Shown: positions 8,334 through 16,804 of the stretch, piece by piece
How positions within the stretch are numbered: the stretch's first letter is position 1
How the letters are laid out: each line of letters starts with the position of its first letter
Source of the DNA: Candidatus Multivoradales bacterium
Lineage (GTDB): Bacteria; Acidobacteriota; Thermoanaerobaculia; Multivoradales; JAHEKO01
Direction of reading: 5' to 3'
Assembly: GCA_965223155.1 (NCBI GenBank)
Contig: CBDCVR010000007.1
Span: 1-25,326, forward strand
DNA length: 25,326 nt
The notes under the pieces: model-generated
What the model was told of the DNA's origin: nothing
Seen by the model: only the letters and a program-made list of their open reading frames with translations
Databases searched by the model: none
Position numbers and translations under genes: made by a program

Positions 8334-9482
8334 CTAGAGATCGCTTACCAATCGCGCGGCTGCGACAGCTCGCACCTTCTTGGACAGGGCAAACGTCTCT
8401 TGGCCCGCGTGGATCACGTTCAGCTCATGGAGGTCGAGCGACTCCAGCGCCGCTCTCATCGATGCCGTGACCCTAGGACTCGATGTCCGCTTGAACTCGA
8501 ATCCGATCCGGCGGCGGCCAATCCGAGCGAAGAAATCGAGCTCCGCGCCGGTGTGTGTAGCCCAGAAATGGACCTGGTCATCCGCGAGGCCAAGCTCGCC
8601 GATCACCTGTTCGAGCAGAAATCCTTCCCAGGAAGCTCCCACTTTGGGGTGCGACTCCAAATCCTCGTGCGCGTCGATTCGAAGAAGCGAATGCAGCAAT
8701 CCACTGTCGCGCAGATAGACCCTCGGAGACCGGACCTGGCGCTTCGAGGTATTTGCAAACCACGGCTGCGCCTGCCGGACAACGAGTGCCGATGTCAGAA
8801 GATCCAAGTAGCGACGGACCGTGACATCCGAAACTCCGAACGAACGCCCGAATTCGGATCCATTCCAAGTCTGGCCATGCCAGTGTGCCAGCATCGTCCA
8901 GAACCGCCGGAGCGTGGTCGCCCCAATCCGAATCCCGAGCTGCGGCAAATCTCGCTCCAAGAAGGTTCGCACGAAGCTCTCCCGCCATGTTCGGCTATCC
9001 CGGAGCGACCGAGCCAGGAAAGACCGAGGGAAGCCTCCGCGCAGCCAGAGCTTCTGAAGGGATCCCTCCCGTACCTCGGACAGCAAGAAGCCAGGCAGGT
9101 TGTAGTAGGAAATCCGACCCGCCAGGGTTTCGGACGACTGTCGCAACAGCTCGGGCGAAGCGCTTCCGAGCACTAGAAAGCGAGCTCTTGTCGGTCTTCG
9201 GTCGGCCAGGACACGAAGTACCGGAAAGAGATCCGGCCTGCGCTGAACCTCGTCGAGCACAACGAGGCCCTGGAGGTCACTGAGCGCCAAGTGGGGATCG
9301 TCAAGACGCGCAAGATCCGGAGGGTTTTCCAAATCGAAATGATGGCACGGCTTCGTTTGAGAGCGCGCGATCTGCTGACTCAGAGTCGTCTTACCGACCT
9401 GGCGGGCTCCCAGGATGGCAACCACGGGGAACGTCCGAAGCCGATCCAAGATTGTCTTGACATGATGAGACCGCTCGATCAC
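8334..9482 (-). CDS. AAA-family ATPase with DUF4143 domain
   Basis: GARQVGKTT, VVLDEVQR, LGSAS, ETLAGR, RGGFP, YLRDSGL and C-terminal ELDF...FEFK. Confidence 0.92.
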   Translation of the reverse strand: MIERSHHVKTILDRLRTFPVVAILGARQVGKTTLSQQIARSQTKPCHHFDLENPPDLARLDDPHLALSDLQGLVVLDEVQRRPDLFPVLRVLADRRPTRARFLVLGSASPELLRQSSETLAGRISYYNLPGFLLSEVREGSLQKLWLRGGFPRSFLARSLRDSRTWRESFVRTFLERDLPQLGIRIGATTLRRFWTMLAHWHGQTWNGSEFGRSFGVSDVTVRRYLDLLTSALVVRQAQPWFANTSKRQVRSPRVYLRDSGLLHSLLRIDAHEDLESHPKVGASWEGFLLEQVIGELGLADDQVHFWATHTGAELDFFARIGRRRIGFEFKRTSSPRVTASMRAALESLDLHELNVIHAGQETFALSKKVRAVAAARLVSDL

Positions 9483-9498
9483 CGGAGAACCTTACCAC

Positions 9499-9527
9499 GA
9501 AATCTCGAAGGTAAGCGTCGAAATTTC
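9499..9527. promoter_or_regulatory. Imperfect palindrome upstream of the ATPase (possible operator)
   Basis: GAAATCTCGA-N9-TCGAAATTTC, 9/10 complementary, 16 bp upstream of the GTG start. Confidence 0.4.
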
Positions 9528-9585
9528 AGGCAAGATTGCCGGCTGGCGGATGTTTATCCTCATCTCGCCAGGATCAGGCCTCGAC

Positions 9586-9613
9586 GAAATGAATACCCTG
9601 TCACCGAGAATTC
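9586..9613 (-). repeat. REP-like motif, unoccupied variant
   Basis: GAAATGAATACCCTGTCACCG-AGAATTC, 18/21 identical to 5507-5527. Abuts the stop codon of ORF 9612..10319. Confidence 0.75.
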
Positions 9614-10319
9614 ACGGGCCGGGGATACACGGTCGGCAGCGGCAGGTGAAGAAAAAGAAGAAGCACTTGCAGCATGCGAAGTCATCCGGATTGCCGCAGC
9701 TCACCTCGCAGCCGGAGAAGACCGAGCAGGTCACGCTACACGCGTTGGCGCCCTCGCCGCCGGCATCGCAGTCGTCACCGTTCACGCACTGCCCTGATGC
9801 CGGGTCGTGGTAGTCGTACCAGAACGACTCGGGCCAGGACTGGAGTTGGTCCCAAACGTGGTCGTGAACGCCGTGATCGATCCCGAAAAGCGGGCTGTTC
9901 GTCACCATCGCGAGCTCGAGTCCATTCGTCGCTCGAAAGACGAATGCTCCCGGAGGCGCCTGGCCTGGCCCTTCCCCGTTCCCGCTCCCGGAGGCGCCCT
10001 TCGGATTCCTGACCGTCAGCAGAACGACGAACCGCGCGTCGGGACCGACGACCTTGAGCGACCTGTCCTTGACGGTCACGACGGCGTCGTCGACGTGCTC
10101 CCACCAGGTCGGCTCCAGACGATCCTCGCCGGTGAAGAGAAAAAACTCGTCGACCTTGTCGTCGCTGTCGGCCGCGGAGTCCAAAGCAACAAGCACCCGC
10201 CCGAGCTCATCGACTCCAACCACGACGTCTCCAAACTCCACTCGCGCCGAGTCGCTCGATCCCAGCGCCGGACCGGCAATGAGACACGAGCACAGCACGA
10301 TCAGCGAAGAACACCTCAT
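9612..10319 (-). CDS. Secreted protein with Cys-rich C-terminal domain
   Basis: RBS GGAGGAG, signal peptide, and tail CVNGDDCDAGGEGANACSVTCSVFSGCEVSCGNPDDFACCKCFFFFFTCRCRPC (12 Cys). Confidence 0.8.
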   Translation of the reverse strand: MRCSSLIVLCSCLIAGPALGSSDSARVEFGDVVVGVDELGRVLVALDSAADSDDKVDEFFLFTGEDRLEPTWWEHVDDAVVTVKDRSLKVVGPDARFVVLLTVRNPKGASGSGNGEGPGQAPPGAFVFRATNGLELAMVTNSPLFGIDHGVHDHVWDQLQSWPESFWYDYHDPASGQCVNGDDCDAGGEGANACSVTCSVFSGCEVSCGNPDDFACCKCFFFFFTCRCRPCIPGP

Positions 10320-11410
10320 AGCTCCTCCGATCAGGGGCCGTCGGAAGCGAATGCCCCTCTACTTATCTAATTTCCGTAGCGAGGGGTTTCCTGACAAGAA
10401 ATTGCTGCTTCTTGAGCGGGGGAAAGCGGAGAAAGCGGTGACAGATGAGATGAGTCGGTCGGTCTCCAGCTGGGACACTGTGCCAGTTGGAGATAACCAA
10501 GAATCGGCATCAGAGCCGAGAAAGGAGACCGACCATGGAGTATCTTGGCATCGATGTTCACTCGAAGTACAGCGAGGTGTGTGGCGTATCAGAAGACGGT
10601 GAGGTGACGGTTCGCCGGCGGGTTCCGACGACCGAGACGGGCCTGCGAAGGTTCTTCGCCAATCGGGAACGCTCGCAGGTGACGCTCGAGAGCGGTCCGG
10701 TCACACCCTGGGTCTATCGACTGCTGTCTGAGCTCGGCCATGAGGTGATGGTGGTCAATCCACGCCGGGTACGTCTGATCGCGGAATCGACCCTGAAGAC
10801 GGACGGAATCGACGCCGAGATCCTGGCTCGTTTGAGCCGGTTGGATCTGGGTTTGCTTCGACCAGTCTACCAGCGCACAGGTGAGGCCCAAGAGCTTCGG
10901 ACGCGTCTTCGGGTCCGAACGAGTCTGGTGAAGACCAGGACCTCGCTGATCAACTCCGTACGCGGAACGCTGCGGGCACAGGGCTACCGAGTGCCCTCAT
11001 GTCCGGCGAAGAGCTTCGTGGCTCGGTACGCGTCGATGTCGGTCGAAGCCGGCCTGTTGGGAGCGCTCGAACCTCTGGTAACGACAATCGGCGAGCTGAC
11101 CGATCGGATCCACCATCTCGAAGACGACCTCATCTCCGAGTCGAGATCAAACGAGCTGGTCCGTCGGCTGCAGACGGTTCCTGGTGTGGGGCCTCTGGTG
11201 AGCCTTGCGTTCGTCGGCTGGATGGATCGTCCGGATCGGTTCGAGAAAAGCCGCGACGTCGGAGCGTGTCTGGGCTTGAGACCGTCGCTTCGCAGCTCAG
11301 GAGGGCATGAGGTCAGGGGCCGGATCACTCGCGAGGGCGACTCGGAGATGCGCAGACTCTTGGTGCAGGCAGCTCATGCGGCGTTGAACTGTCGCAAAGA
11401 GTCGTCACTC

Positions 11411-12782
11411 GAGTTATCGTCAAATGTTGTGTACGGGTGACTCAGGCGGCGATCCGGTTCTTGGGTTCTCCATCAACGAATTTGACACCTCGGACAACGT
11501 CGGCGATTCGCTTGTAGCCCTGTAGCCGCCGCCATCGTTTCTCGGCACTCTGGCTCAGCTTGAAGACCATCGAGAGCATGGTCTCGCGGGAGAGACAACC
11601 ACGGGTCTTGGCCGTTCGAAGGCGTACGGTGGCAAAGGTCGACTCGATCGGGTTCGTGGTCCTGAGATGGACCCAATGCTCGGCCGGGAAATCGTAGAAG
11701 GTCAGCAGGACCTTGCGATCCTTGGCCAGGCAACGCGTCGCCTTCGGGTACTTGGCCCCGTAGGTCGACAGGAAGGCATCGAAGGCTCGCTCGGCAGCCT
11801 CGCGCGTTTCGGCCATCCAGACCTGGTGCAGCGCCTGCTTGGCCTTTGGCTGGACGGCCTTGGGCATCTTGTTCAAGACGTTGCCGGTCTTGTGGACCCA
11901 GCAACGCTGGGTCTTGGTGTTGCTCCAGACCTGAGCCAGGGCCTTCCAGAAGCCCAGAGCGCCGTCACCGGTCGCCAGCTTCGGCTCGATGGCAAGCCCT
12001 CGCGCTTCGAGTCCACGCAAGAGCTCGAGCCAGGAAGCCTCGCTCTCGCGGTAGCCGTCTTCGACGGCGATGAGCTCCTTGGTGCCGTCCTCGGTGGCGC
12101 CAATCAGTACCAGCAGGCACAGCTTCGCGTCGTCCAGACGAGCCTTGGTATGGATCCCATCCGCCCACACGTAGACGTAGCGCTTGGAGGACAAGTCCCG
12201 GGTGCGCCAGTCGGTGTACTCCTTGGCCCAGACTTTCTTCAGACGGCTGATCGTCGCGGCTGACAACCCCGGGGCGTCGGGGCCTACCAGAGCTTCCAGG
12301 GCATCGGAGAAATCTCCGGTGGAGATGCCGCGCAGATAGAGCCACGGCAGCAGCTCCTCGACGCTCTTGGCCCGTCTGAGATACGGAGGCGCGATCTTCG
12401 AGCGAAAGACCAACTCACCTTCACGATCCCGAACCCGAGGCACCTTCACCGGCACACCTCCGATTCCCGTCTGGATCTCACGCTCGCGCAGGTAGCCGTT
12501 GCGAACCATGCGGCGCCGGCCATCTTCCGTTTGCTCGCCTCGGTACTCGGCCAGGAAGCTCTCGACCTCGGCTTCGATCGCTTCGCGAAGCAACTCGCGT
12601 GAGCCGCGGCGAAGCACTTCGGTCAAGGCATCTCTCGAACTCTCTGATCGGTCAATCGAAACTACGTTACTCTTGCTCAAGGCGTATCCTCCTTCTTTGA
12701 GGGTTTGAATCCGATTTGGAAAACCGGACTCAGGATACGCCGCCTTCATCTCAACTCATACACAACTTTCGACCATAGCTCC
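11411..12782 (-). mobile_element. IS256-family insertion sequence
   Basis: 8-bp target duplication CGTCACTC (11403-11410, 12783-12790). Imperfect terminal IRs GAGTTATCGTCAAATGTTGTGTA / TACACAACTTTCGACCATAGCTC. Confidence 0.95.
11442..12680 (-). CDS. IS256-family (Mutator-like) DDE transposase
   Basis: RNGY..R, VPRVRDR, YLRGISTGDF, VWADGI, TGDGALGF, QRCWVHK and TTNPIES motifs. Likely TTG start at 12680 after AAGGAGG. Confidence 0.95.
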   Translation of the reverse strand: MSKSNVVSIDRSESSRDALTEVLRRGSRELLREAIEAEVESFLAEYRGEQTEDGRRRMVRNGYLREREIQTGIGGVPVKVPRVRDREGELVFRSKIAPPYLRRAKSVEELLPWLYLRGISTGDFSDALEALVGPDAPGLSAATISRLKKVWAKEYTDWRTRDLSSKRYVYVWADGIHTKARLDDAKLCLLVLIGATEDGTKELIAVEDGYRESEASWLELLRGLEARGLAIEPKLATGDGALGFWKALAQVWSNTKTQRCWVHKTGNVLNKMPKAVQPKAKQALHQVWMAETREAAERAFDAFLSTYGAKYPKATRCLAKDRKVLLTFYDFPAEHWVHLRTTNPIESTFATVRLRTAKTRGCLSRETMLSMVFKLSQSAEKRWRRLQGYKRIADVVRGVKFVDGEPKNRIAA

Positions 12783-12960
12783 CGTCACTCAAGAGATGGG
12801 CTGAGGGCCTGGTCGAGAGGCTGGGTAAGGGCAAGGCCGTGGTCGCGCTAGCTAGGAAGATCGCGGTGTTGCTCCACAGGCTGTGGGTGACAGGTGAGAG
12901 CTTCCGAGCCTTTCCCAAGGCAGCGTAGAAGAGATAACTAGACGACCAACAAGCAAGGAC

Positions 12961-13120
12961 GGATTGAGAGGTTCGATGACTCCGAAAGTATCCTTGGTGG
13001 CCCCGACACCGTGTGACAGATGGGAGCATCGATTCCTAAACGGACGCAAAACTCACCATGCACCGGTTCAAAGAAGAACCCTACAGAGTGCGAATAGAAG
13101 CTCGTCCCAAGCCTCGATCC
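12961..13120 (+). ncRNA. Predicted bridge/seek RNA, copy 2
   Basis: Same sequence as 5236-5395 (offset 7725). Confidence 0.78.
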
Positions 13121-13220
13121 AAACCTAAGGAAAACTACAAAAAGAAGAAACGAAACTCTTGACGCCAACCGACCGACTCATAGAAGGATACTCATTCCGC
13201 CAGGTCGGAGCCCCGGTTTC

Positions 13221-13355
13221 CGTCTCGGTAGCATTGTTGTGCCCGGACTGGCACACCACGTCACTCAGCGGGGAGCGAGGCGAATGCAGGTCTTCTTCAG
13301 CCAAGACGACTACCGCATCTATGCCTCCATCTTGAGCCGACAGGCCCGTCGATAA
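13221..13355 (+). pseudogene. N-terminal remnant of a Y1 HUH (RAYT/IS200-like) transposase
   Basis: RLGSIVVPGLAHHVTQRGARRMQVFFSQDDYRIY...RR* matches the R....PG..HHVTQRG..R..VF....DY..Y start of RAYT-type Y1 transposases. No proper start codon, and it stops before the HUH motif. Not in the ORF track. Confidence 0.78.
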
Positions 13356-13428
13356 GGCACCTGGGCCCAGGGAGGGGGAATTCTCTTCTTGCCAATGCCC
13401 TCCTCCCAGTGCCGAGTGCAGCGAGGCT

Positions 13429-13473
13429 TGGTGGGCCGTGAGGGAATCGAACCCCCGACCATCAGATTAAAAG
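13429..13473 (-). tRNA. 3' fragment of tRNA-Lys(UUU), attachment-site duplication (not a complete tRNA)
   Basis: Minus strand CTTTTAA-TCTGA-TGGTC-GGGGG-TTCGATT-CCCTC-ACGGCCC-ACCA gives the anticodon loop, T arm, acceptor 3' strand and CCA. The 5' half is absent. Confidence 0.88.
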
Positions 13474-13590
13474 CCGCCCCAAGCAGTCCCGAGCAGGACA
13501 ACCAGGGACAAATAAGGCCATTAGTTTCAGCAGTTTACAGAGAACTCCATTGTCCCTCTCAGTCCTCGTTTTGCCCCGTTTGGCCGCCCG

Positions 13591-13610
13591 GAGTGCAGCG
13601 AGAGTGCAGC
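13591..13610 (+). repeat. Direct repeat GAGTGCAGC x2, candidate integrase arm-binding sites
   Basis: Copies at 13591-13599 and 13602-13610, about 120 bp inside the att site. Confidence 0.45.
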
Positions 13611-13638
13611 ATGAGAGCCGCGCGGGCGGCTTGAGCCG

Positions 13639-14478
13639 GTGGTCCGTGGGGCGCAGCGCCGGCACTTCTCCACCGCACCGGCGGAACCGAGCGACATCGG
13701 CTTCATGGCGCGTCCCTTCGTGCAGGCAACGCTGCCGCACAGGGATACCCAGGCCCTCGTTCATACCCGCCACAACGGCCGCCTGACGCTCAAGATCACT
13801 GGCGACAAAGACCTCGGCCTCCCCTACGGCCGGTACCCGCGACTGCTGCTCGCCTGGATGACTCGCGAGGCCTGCCGCACGAAATCACGCCGCCTCGAGC
13901 TCGGGCACTCGCTGTCCAGCTTCATGGCGCAACTCGGCCTCACACCCACCGGTGGGCGGTCAGGCACGATCCCGCGCCTGCGCGACCAGATGGCCAGGCT
14001 CTTTCTCTCGACAGTCTCGTTCACCGACTACGACCCGGGCGCAGGCAGGCTCGCCGACGATCGCTTCACCATCGCTGACAAGACTCGTCTCTGGTGGTCG
14101 CCGTCCGAGGAGAGAGAGCAGCCCTTCTGGGGCTCCTTCGTCGTCCTCAGCGAGCTCGGCTTTCGAGCCCTGTCCGAAAGACCGGTGCCAGTCGACATGG
14201 CGACCCTCCGAAGCCTGCGCAGCCCGCTGGCACTCGACATCTACTGCTGGCTCACCTACCGCAACAGCTACCTGCAGCGACCGACTCGGATTCCCTGGCC
14301 TGCTCTCGCCGCTCAGTTCGGTGGGAGCTACAACGACCGGCGAAACTTCAAGCGGAAATTCAGGGCGGCGCTACGCCAGGTCCTCATGCTCTACCCAACC
14401 GCACGCGTCTCACAGGTTCCTGGAGGCCTGCAGCTCATCCCCTCACCTAGTCACATCCAGCGACACATCGAACAGTGA
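13639..14478 (+). CDS. repA: Plasmid-type replication initiator (RepA_C / IncW RepA-like)
   Basis: FMARPFVQATLPH, GLPYGRYPRLLLAW, TGGRSGTI.RLRDQM.RLF, PVPVD, SPLALDIYCWLTYR and W..L..QFG. Start codon uncertain. Confidence 0.85.
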   Translation: MVRGAQRRHFSTAPAEPSDIGFMARPFVQATLPHRDTQALVHTRHNGRLTLKITGDKDLGLPYGRYPRLLLAWMTREACRTKSRRLELGHSLSSFMAQLGLTPTGGRSGTIPRLRDQMARLFLSTVSFTDYDPGAGRLADDRFTIADKTRLWWSPSEEREQPFWGSFVVLSELGFRALSERPVPVDMATLRSLRSPLALDIYCWLTYRNSYLQRPTRIPWPALAAQFGGSYNDRRNFKRKFRAALRQVLMLYPTARVSQVPGGLQLIPSPSHIQRHIEQ

Positions 14479-14486
14479 ATCGCGCC

Positions 14487-14581
14487 TGTGGAAACCCGAA
14501 GTTTTCCACACATATCCGGTACCCCCTGGTACGCATAAACGGTACCCCCTGCCAGCCGAATCCACGCATAAACAGTACCCC
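14487..14581. promoter_or_regulatory. Putative replication origin: DnaA-box-like pair and three iterons
   Basis: TGTGGAAAC (14487-14495) and TTTTCCACA (14502-14510). 18-bp repeats ACACATATCCGGTACCCC (14508), ACGCATAAACGGTACCCC (14531) and ACGCATAAACAGTACCCC (14564). Confidence 0.7.
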
Positions 14582-14783
14582 TATCCCTGTATTTCTTCCT
14601 GTACGTCCTCCCAGTAGTAGTCGCCGGCCTCTCTGTGGAAGGTGGCGACTTCTTCAACGCCTCCAAATGCCGAGCCTCTTGGAGCGCACCGGTTATCCCA
14701 GAAGACGCCTTCCCTCCAGGAGCAAAGACGCGCTGAAGCAACGCTGATGGATCTATCTTGTACTTGAGACGTGCGACAATGGT

Positions 14784-15611
14784 TTGATGGCAAGCAGTGC
14801 AGGTAAGCCAACTCACGCGACGCTGGACCCTGACCAGAAAGCACGCTTCAGGAAGCGAGCCGTCAAGTGCCGCCTGATTCCCAACCGAATCGAATCACTC
14901 GCCGATTACTTTGCCGTCCTCGATGGCTCATTCGATGAAAGGCAAACGTGGTGGTTTCGAGGTCATTCGCGTCTTTCGTATCGGCTGATCCCATCTGCAC
15001 TCCGCTATGGCCGAGCCCAGGATCGCAACGCCGCACTTGGTCTGATCTCTGAGTTTCGACGGATTGCTCAGATCAAGCAGACGCGCCCGCCCGATGCTGA
15101 TGACGACCTCGGGTGGCAACAAGTCGGGCAGCACTACGGGCTCCCGACGCAGCTGCTGGATTGGACGGAGAATGCGCTCGCCGCTCTATACTTCGCCTGC
15201 GCTCACACCTCAGAAGACGGGCTTGTCTTTGTCTTCAATCCTTTTGCTCTCAACCAGGCCAACGCTCCCGGTCACAGCTATCGGATTCTCGACCCACACG
15301 ACGACAAGGCCATCATCGAGCGTTACCTCCGGAAGAACAGCAAGGTACTCAAGCCGGTAGCGATCAATCCGGTCTGGAACTCGGAACGCATCATGGTCCA
15401 GAAGGGTACCTTTACACTGCACCCGCAGCACAACCGCGAACTCGGGGGGAAACGATCGGGTACGCCGACCCTGGTGGCACTGCCAATCCCTCTGGAAGCA
15501 AAGAAGGAACTGATGAGACAGCTTCGGAAGGTGGGTGTCGACGAGATCACGCTCTTCCCGGAGCTGGAGCATGCGACGAAAGAGCTGAAGAAACGAGCCA
15601 GACTCGACTAG
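14784..15611 (+). CDS. FRG domain protein
   Basis: WWFRGH, LIPSALR, QHYGLPTQLLDWTENALAALYFAC, ERIMVQKGTFT and LFPELE. Start codon uncertain. Confidence 0.9.
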   Translation: MMASSAGKPTHATLDPDQKARFRKRAVKCRLIPNRIESLADYFAVLDGSFDERQTWWFRGHSRLSYRLIPSALRYGRAQDRNAALGLISEFRRIAQIKQTRPPDADDDLGWQQVGQHYGLPTQLLDWTENALAALYFACAHTSEDGLVFVFNPFALNQANAPGHSYRILDPHDDKAIIERYLRKNSKVLKPVAINPVWNSERIMVQKGTFTLHPQHNRELGGKRSGTPTLVALPIPLEAKKELMRQLRKVGVDEITLFPELEHATKELKKRARLD

Positions 15612-15622
15612 GAGCGAACACG

Positions 15623-16804
15623 ATGGCGCTGATCCCTTTCGTCAACACAGCTACCGACCGCGATCTTCTGAGCAGCTTCGGGGATGTTCCAGTGGTCCGG
15701 ACGCGGCCGGAATTCGCCGGTGCCGTGAAAAAGATCACGCCGAAGGCCAAGCTCTGGATTGACGGACGCCTAGATGGCTACCACCATTGGCCGAACAACT
15801 CTGACGACTGGAAGCAGTTCATGGCAGCGTTTCCGGATTGGCAACGGCTTGGAAGCACGAGCTTCCAGGAGAAGCCGGAGAAGAAGGTAGTCGAGAGATT
15901 CGCTACCGGGCTACTCGACAGGTGCCACAACGATGGCGCCGACTGGATTACTGTGCCCCAGATGCCAGTCCGTCGGGCAAAAAAACGTAACGCCATCAAC
16001 AGGCAGCTGGCTAGCGCAACCGGAAAGTGGAAGATGTCCTCCGGCTATCGAGGTGAACTCGTTATGCCGGTAATCCTGGAGAAGCCACTCGATCTAGACC
16101 GCCGCGCGACGCGCAAGACAGCGGTCGATCTCGCGGCTCGGTGTGTCTCTCTCTCAGGCGCTACGGTTCTGTGGGCGGTAGCGATGGGCCTGGATGATCA
16201 ATCTGGTTCAAATATGCTCACGCAGCGAAGATTCCCGGGCGCAATAGCGCTCCACCGGGAACTCAGCGCAGAGCTATCGTCCGTTTCGACCCAGATCTGC
16301 GGGCCCTACTGGGCCCTGAATCTGGCCCTGTGGGCTCGCGGCCTTGCGACCCACGTAGCCACAGGAGTGGGTACTGGCTATCAGTACCAGCCACCGGGCT
16401 TGTCCGGGCTCCGAAGAGGAGCAACCCGGATCGCGCTTCCACCCCTTCGCCGAACGGCTACGGTTTCACCCGACCTCAGGCAGTGGTTTCAGGAGGTTTC
16501 GAACTCGCTGCCTACTTCGGAACCCGAGGCGAAGGAATTCACGGCATTGGCTAAGAAACTCGATGTGTACGAAGACAACTTCCGTGAAGCGCGTAAGCAG
16601 ATCCTTGCTTTCTACCGTAGCTGGCACTCGAAGTTTGCAGGAATAAAGCCGGTGGGGCGCCCTCTTGCTCTCTACCAAGACCTGTCCTCCGCGTTCGTTC
16701 TCGGGCGGGGACGAAGGCTACCGGCGCTTGAGAAGACCGGTACCGGAAGACGACCCGAGCGCCTTGCGGAGCAGCTGATGAGATTCTGCTTGCCTGAGGA
16801 CTAG
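15623..16804 (+). CDS. Uncharacterised 393-aa protein (possibly TIM-barrel, beta-protein/sce7725-like)
   Basis: AGGAG RBS and ATG 15623, 11 bp after the FRG stop. Alternating alpha/beta pattern (LWIDG, ADWITVP, LVMPVIL, VLWAV, ICGPYW, VATGVG). The family call is tentative. Confidence 0.6.
   Translation: MALIPFVNTATDRDLLSSFGDVPVVRTRPEFAGAVKKITPKAKLWIDGRLDGYHHWPNNSDDWKQFMAAFPDWQRLGSTSFQEKPEKKVVERFATGLLDRCHNDGADWITVPQMPVRRAKKRNAINRQLASATGKWKMSSGYRGELVMPVILEKPLDLDRRATRKTAVDLAARCVSLSGATVLWAVAMGLDDQSGSNMLTQRRFPGAIALHRELSAELSSVSTQICGPYWALNLALWARGLATHVATGVGTGYQYQPPGLSGLRRGATRIALPPLRRTATVSPDLRQWFQEVSNSLPTSEPEAKEFTALAKKLDVYEDNFREARKQILAFYRSWHSKFAGIKPVGRPLALYQDLSSAFVLGRGRRLPALEKTGTGRRPERLAEQLMRFCLPED

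Larger units (their letters stand above)
10535..12928 (+). pseudogene. IS110/IS1111 transposase disrupted by IS256
   Basis: Matches copy 1 up to KESSL (11410) and resumes at 12791 (KRWAEG...KAA*, TAG 12926-12928). Confidence 0.93.
10443..13186 (+). mobile_element. IS1111-type element, copy 2, interrupted by IS256
   Basis: Same ends as copy 1 (IRs 10450-10463 and 13168-13181, AG cores 10443-10444 and 13185-13186). It is 1380 bp longer because of the nested insertion. Confidence 0.93.

Noticed and set aside
4079-9613. Link between GAATTC sites in the repeats and the EcoRI-family methyltransferase
   Set aside because: Family membership does not establish GAATTC specificity, and the MTase is on a separate element.
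12731-12738. CAGGATAC inside IS256 as another IS1111 target
   Set aside because: Only the right half matches and the left GGTGAC is missing. It is explained by the IS256 leader hairpin.
4098-13186. Arrival as a single composite transposon
   Set aside because: Each IS copy restores its own complete target motif on removal, which fits independent insertions better.
13429-13473. Functional tRNA-Lys gene
   Set aside because: The D arm, 5' acceptor strand and 5' anticodon stem are absent, so it is an att duplication.
15113-15622. N-terminal extension of the 563-aa ORF
   Set aside because: Overlaps the FRG gene out of frame. A good RBS and ATG exist at 15623.
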